In this document: positions 17,547 to 20,000 of the stretch, piece by piece
How the letters are laid out: each line of letters begins with the position of its first letter
How positions within the stretch are numbered: position 1 is the stretch's first letter
Virus record (IMG/VR): IMGVR_UViG_3300042391_000450
Source of the DNA: an uncultured virus (IMG/VR IMGVR_UViG_3300042391_000450)
Lineage: Duplodnaviria > Heunggongvirae > Uroviricota > Caudoviricetes
Reading direction: 5' to 3' (one strand)
Length of the DNA: 20,000 nt
Translations under genes and position numbers: made by a program
The notes under the pieces: model-generated
What the model saw: the letters and a program-made list of their open reading frames with translations, nothing else
The model's database searches: none
Told to the model about the DNA's origin: nothing

Positions 17547-19826
17547 TTGAACACCAGTCCCGAAATTGAAAGTATCATTGAACAGGCAATAGAACAAGCA
17601 AAATCCCGCAAACACGAGTATGTAACACTAGAGCATTTATTGCTTGCATTAGTTATTCATCCTCCCTTTAAAAAATGTTTAAACTCTTTTGGAATAGACA
17701 CAGGATTGATGACTGATGAGATAAGTTCTTACTTAGATGGATTACATTCTATTGAATCTGTTGAACTTAATGTTACTCCCAAAAGAACGAATACATTAGA
17801 ACGAGCAATGAATCGTAGTGTTACCCAAGTTCTTTTTACTAATAGAAAACAAGTAACTACTATTGATTTGTATCTTAGTTTAACTTCTGAAAACAACTCA
17901 CATGCCCATTACTTTTTGTTAAAGTATGGTGTTTTTAGAAATGAGTTTGCGCAGCACTGGCAAAAGAATTATAAAGGTGGCGACTACACTACTTCTTTAA
18001 CATCTAATCAAGCTGATGATATTTTGGAAGAGTTTACTATTAATCTTACTCAATTAGCAAGAGAAAATAAACTAGAACCAGTTATCGGTAGATCAAAAGA
18101 AATAGATGACATTGTAAATGTGTTAGCTAAAAGATTTAAAGCTAATGTACTTATGGTAGGTGATCCAGGTGTAGGTAAAACTGCAATTGCTGAAGGTATA
18201 GCAAACGCTATTATTAGTGGGGATATTCCCGAGTTTCTAGAAGGATTTGAATTGTATTCTCTTGAAATAGGTAGTTTACTTGCTGGTTCTAGATATCGCG
18301 GTGATTTTGAAGAAAAAGTAAAAACTGTGTTAGAAGCATTGGCAACTAAGAAAAATGCTATCTTGTTTATTGATGAAGCACATACCATGCAAGCAGGCGG
18401 CACAAGTAACGGATCAGTTGACTTTGCTAATATGATTAAACCAGCTATTACTAAAGGTAACTTAAAAGTTATAGCATCAACAACTTGGGAAGAGTTTTAC
18501 GAATCTTTTGAGAAAGATCGTGCTTTGATGCGCAGGTTCTACAAAATTTCAATTGATGAACCATCACATGATTCTACTATTAGAATCTTAAATGGATTGT
18601 CAGCAAGATTAAACGATTTTCACTCTGTAGATATTACAGAAGAAGCTATTAAAGCAGCAGTAGAAAGTGCTGATCGTTATATTCATGATCGCAAAAATCC
18701 CGACAAAGCAATTGACTTGCTAGATGCTGCGTGTGCCAAGCAACGAGTCTTAGGCAACAAAGAAGCTAAAATAACTAAAGAGCTTATTCATGAACAAGTA
18801 GAAAAATATACAGGGGTTCCTGCTGACAAGCTTTCAAACAACAACTATGAACGCATTAATAATTTGGACGCGGGCATTAAATCAAAACTATACGGTCAAG
18901 ATGACACAGTTGATAAGGTTCTTGAGCGAGTGTATGTATCATTTGCAGGCATTGGTAATGAAACTAAGCCCATTGCAAGCTTTTTGTTCTTAGGCCCGAC
19001 AGGTACTGGTAAAACTGAATTGGCTAAACTCTTAAGTAAGAATCTAGAAATGCCATTGCTCAAATACGACATGAGCGAATACAGTGAAAAGCATTCAGTA
19101 TCATCATTGATCGGACCTCCTCCGGGATATGTTGGTTTCGGTGATAGTCAGGTTCAGGGAGGAAGACTTATCTCTGATCTAAGCAAGAATCCACATGCTA
19201 TCATGTTGTTTGACGAAGTTGAAAAAGCACATCCAGATATTTTTAATATCTTTTTGCAAATTCTTGACGAAGGTACGATCACTGGGTCTAATGGTAAGAA
19301 AGTTAGTTGTAAGAACACTGTTATTATCTTGACTTCTAACCTAGGTTCGGCTGATAGCGAAAAGAACGCCATTGGATTTGGTACACAAGAAAAAACTGGT
19401 GAAGATGATAAAGCACTTAAAGACTTTTTTAAGCCAGAGTTTAGAAACAGATTAGACATGGTTTGCAAGTTTAAAAAGCTTGATATGCTTTCTATTAAAA
19501 AGATTGTTATTAAGTTTACTGAAGATGTTAAAAAGAGCTTGTTGGAAAAACACAACATTACTCTTAACTTGAGCGAACCGGTTATTGAATATCTAGCTGA
19601 TAAAGGTTATGATAACAAAATGGGAGCAAGACCCCTGGCTCGTAAGATTGATGAAATGATCAGAGTACCCTTGAGTAAAAAGATTTTGTTTGAACGCATT
19701 AAAGATTCAAACATCATGGCTATCATTGAAAATGATGAAATTGTGTTTAATGTGACCAACAAAGTAACAGCTAAACTTAATGATCAAGGTATTATAGAGG
19801 TTAGTAGTGAACATAACCCTGACTGA
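17547..19826 (+). CDS. clpA: ATP-dependent Clp protease ATP-binding subunit ClpA
   Basis: Clp N-domain HEYVTLEHLLLAL. D1 has GDPGVGKT, YRGDFE and FIDEAH; D2 has GPTGTGKT, GYVGF and FDEVEKAHPD. IGF loop (NAIGFG) present, no middle coiled-coil domain; 759 aa. TTG start with AAGGAG RBS. Confidence 0.9.
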   Translation: MNTSPEIESIIEQAIEQAKSRKHEYVTLEHLLLALVIHPPFKKCLNSFGIDTGLMTDEISSYLDGLHSIESVELNVTPKRTNTLERAMNRSVTQVLFTNRKQVTTIDLYLSLTSENNSHAHYFLLKYGVFRNEFAQHWQKNYKGGDYTTSLTSNQADDILEEFTINLTQLARENKLEPVIGRSKEIDDIVNVLAKRFKANVLMVGDPGVGKTAIAEGIANAIISGDIPEFLEGFELYSLEIGSLLAGSRYRGDFEEKVKTVLEALATKKNAILFIDEAHTMQAGGTSNGSVDFANMIKPAITKGNLKVIASTTWEEFYESFEKDRALMRRFYKISIDEPSHDSTIRILNGLSARLNDFHSVDITEEAIKAAVESADRYIHDRKNPDKAIDLLDAACAKQRVLGNKEAKITKELIHEQVEKYTGVPADKLSNNNYERINNLDAGIKSKLYGQDDTVDKVLERVYVSFAGIGNETKPIASFLFLGPTGTGKTELAKLLSKNLEMPLLKYDMSEYSEKHSVSSLIGPPPGYVGFGDSQVQGGRLISDLSKNPHAIMLFDEVEKAHPDIFNIFLQILDEGTITGSNGKKVSCKNTVIILTSNLGSADSEKNAIGFGTQEKTGEDDKALKDFFKPEFRNRLDMVCKFKKLDMLSIKKIVIKFTEDVKKSLLEKHNITLNLSEPVIEYLADKGYDNKMGARPLARKIDEMIRVPLSKKILFERIKDSNIMAIIENDEIVFNVTNKVTAKLNDQGIIEVSSEHNPD

Positions 19827-20000
19827 GCGTAATAAGCTTTTTTATAATAAGTTTTGTTATCGTGTGATTTTAAAGTACCTTGGTGTTAGATTTGTTTCTA
19901 ACACTAGGGACTTGGATCATTTTAAACGAAAGATCAGCATGGCACGAAAAAATAATTCAACTGCTTGGTATAAGGTACCAGTACCTAAGCTAACTCAACT
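19807..20000 (+). CDS. 5' part of a hypothetical protein (partial)
   Basis: GTG 19807 after GAGG; open to the window end (MNITLTERNKLFYNKFCYRVILKYLGVRFVSNTRDLDHFKRKISMARKNN...). Confidence 0.6.
   Translation, partial: MNITLTERNKLFYNKFCYRVILKYLGVRFVSNTRDLDHFKRKISMARKNNSTAWYKVPVPKLTQ

Noticed and set aside
7529..19558. Remaining short minus-strand ORFs (7529, 7952, 12238, 12936, 13485, 16810, 18050, 19154)
   Set aside because: Overlapped by well-supported plus-strand genes, with no independent motifs.
17547..19826. Annotation as ClpB or as bacterial chromosomal DNA
   Set aside because: No M-domain and an IGF loop is present. Flanking genes, gene packing and promoter types are phage-like.

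Overview
AT-rich, gene-dense window from a large (jumbo, distantly T4-like) tailed phage, using the standard genetic code. Left half is a virion/late module. It holds a T4 gp4-like head-completion nuclease, a possible small terminase, a protein with a capsid-targeting-like N-terminus and a ~994-aa low-complexity protein that looks like a protease-cleaved string of micro-domains (including DUF3008-like and EF-hand-like units). It also holds a collagen-like fibre, a GH19 lysin and two Ig/beta-rich tail or baseplate proteins. Right half is a replication/proteostasis module: a stand-alone DnaE fragment ending just before the catalytic DIDIDF motif, two tandem GroES-like genes, an RFC/gp44-like clamp loader, PhoH on the minus strand, DnaJ and ClpA. 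Two promoter classes are visible: T4-late-like (A/C/T)TAAATA boxes and consensus sigma70 TTGACA-17-TATAAT/TATCAT. In four cases the promoter is placed so that transcription would start at the ATG (leaderless mRNA). All family calls come from motif recognition by eye; no database searches were run.
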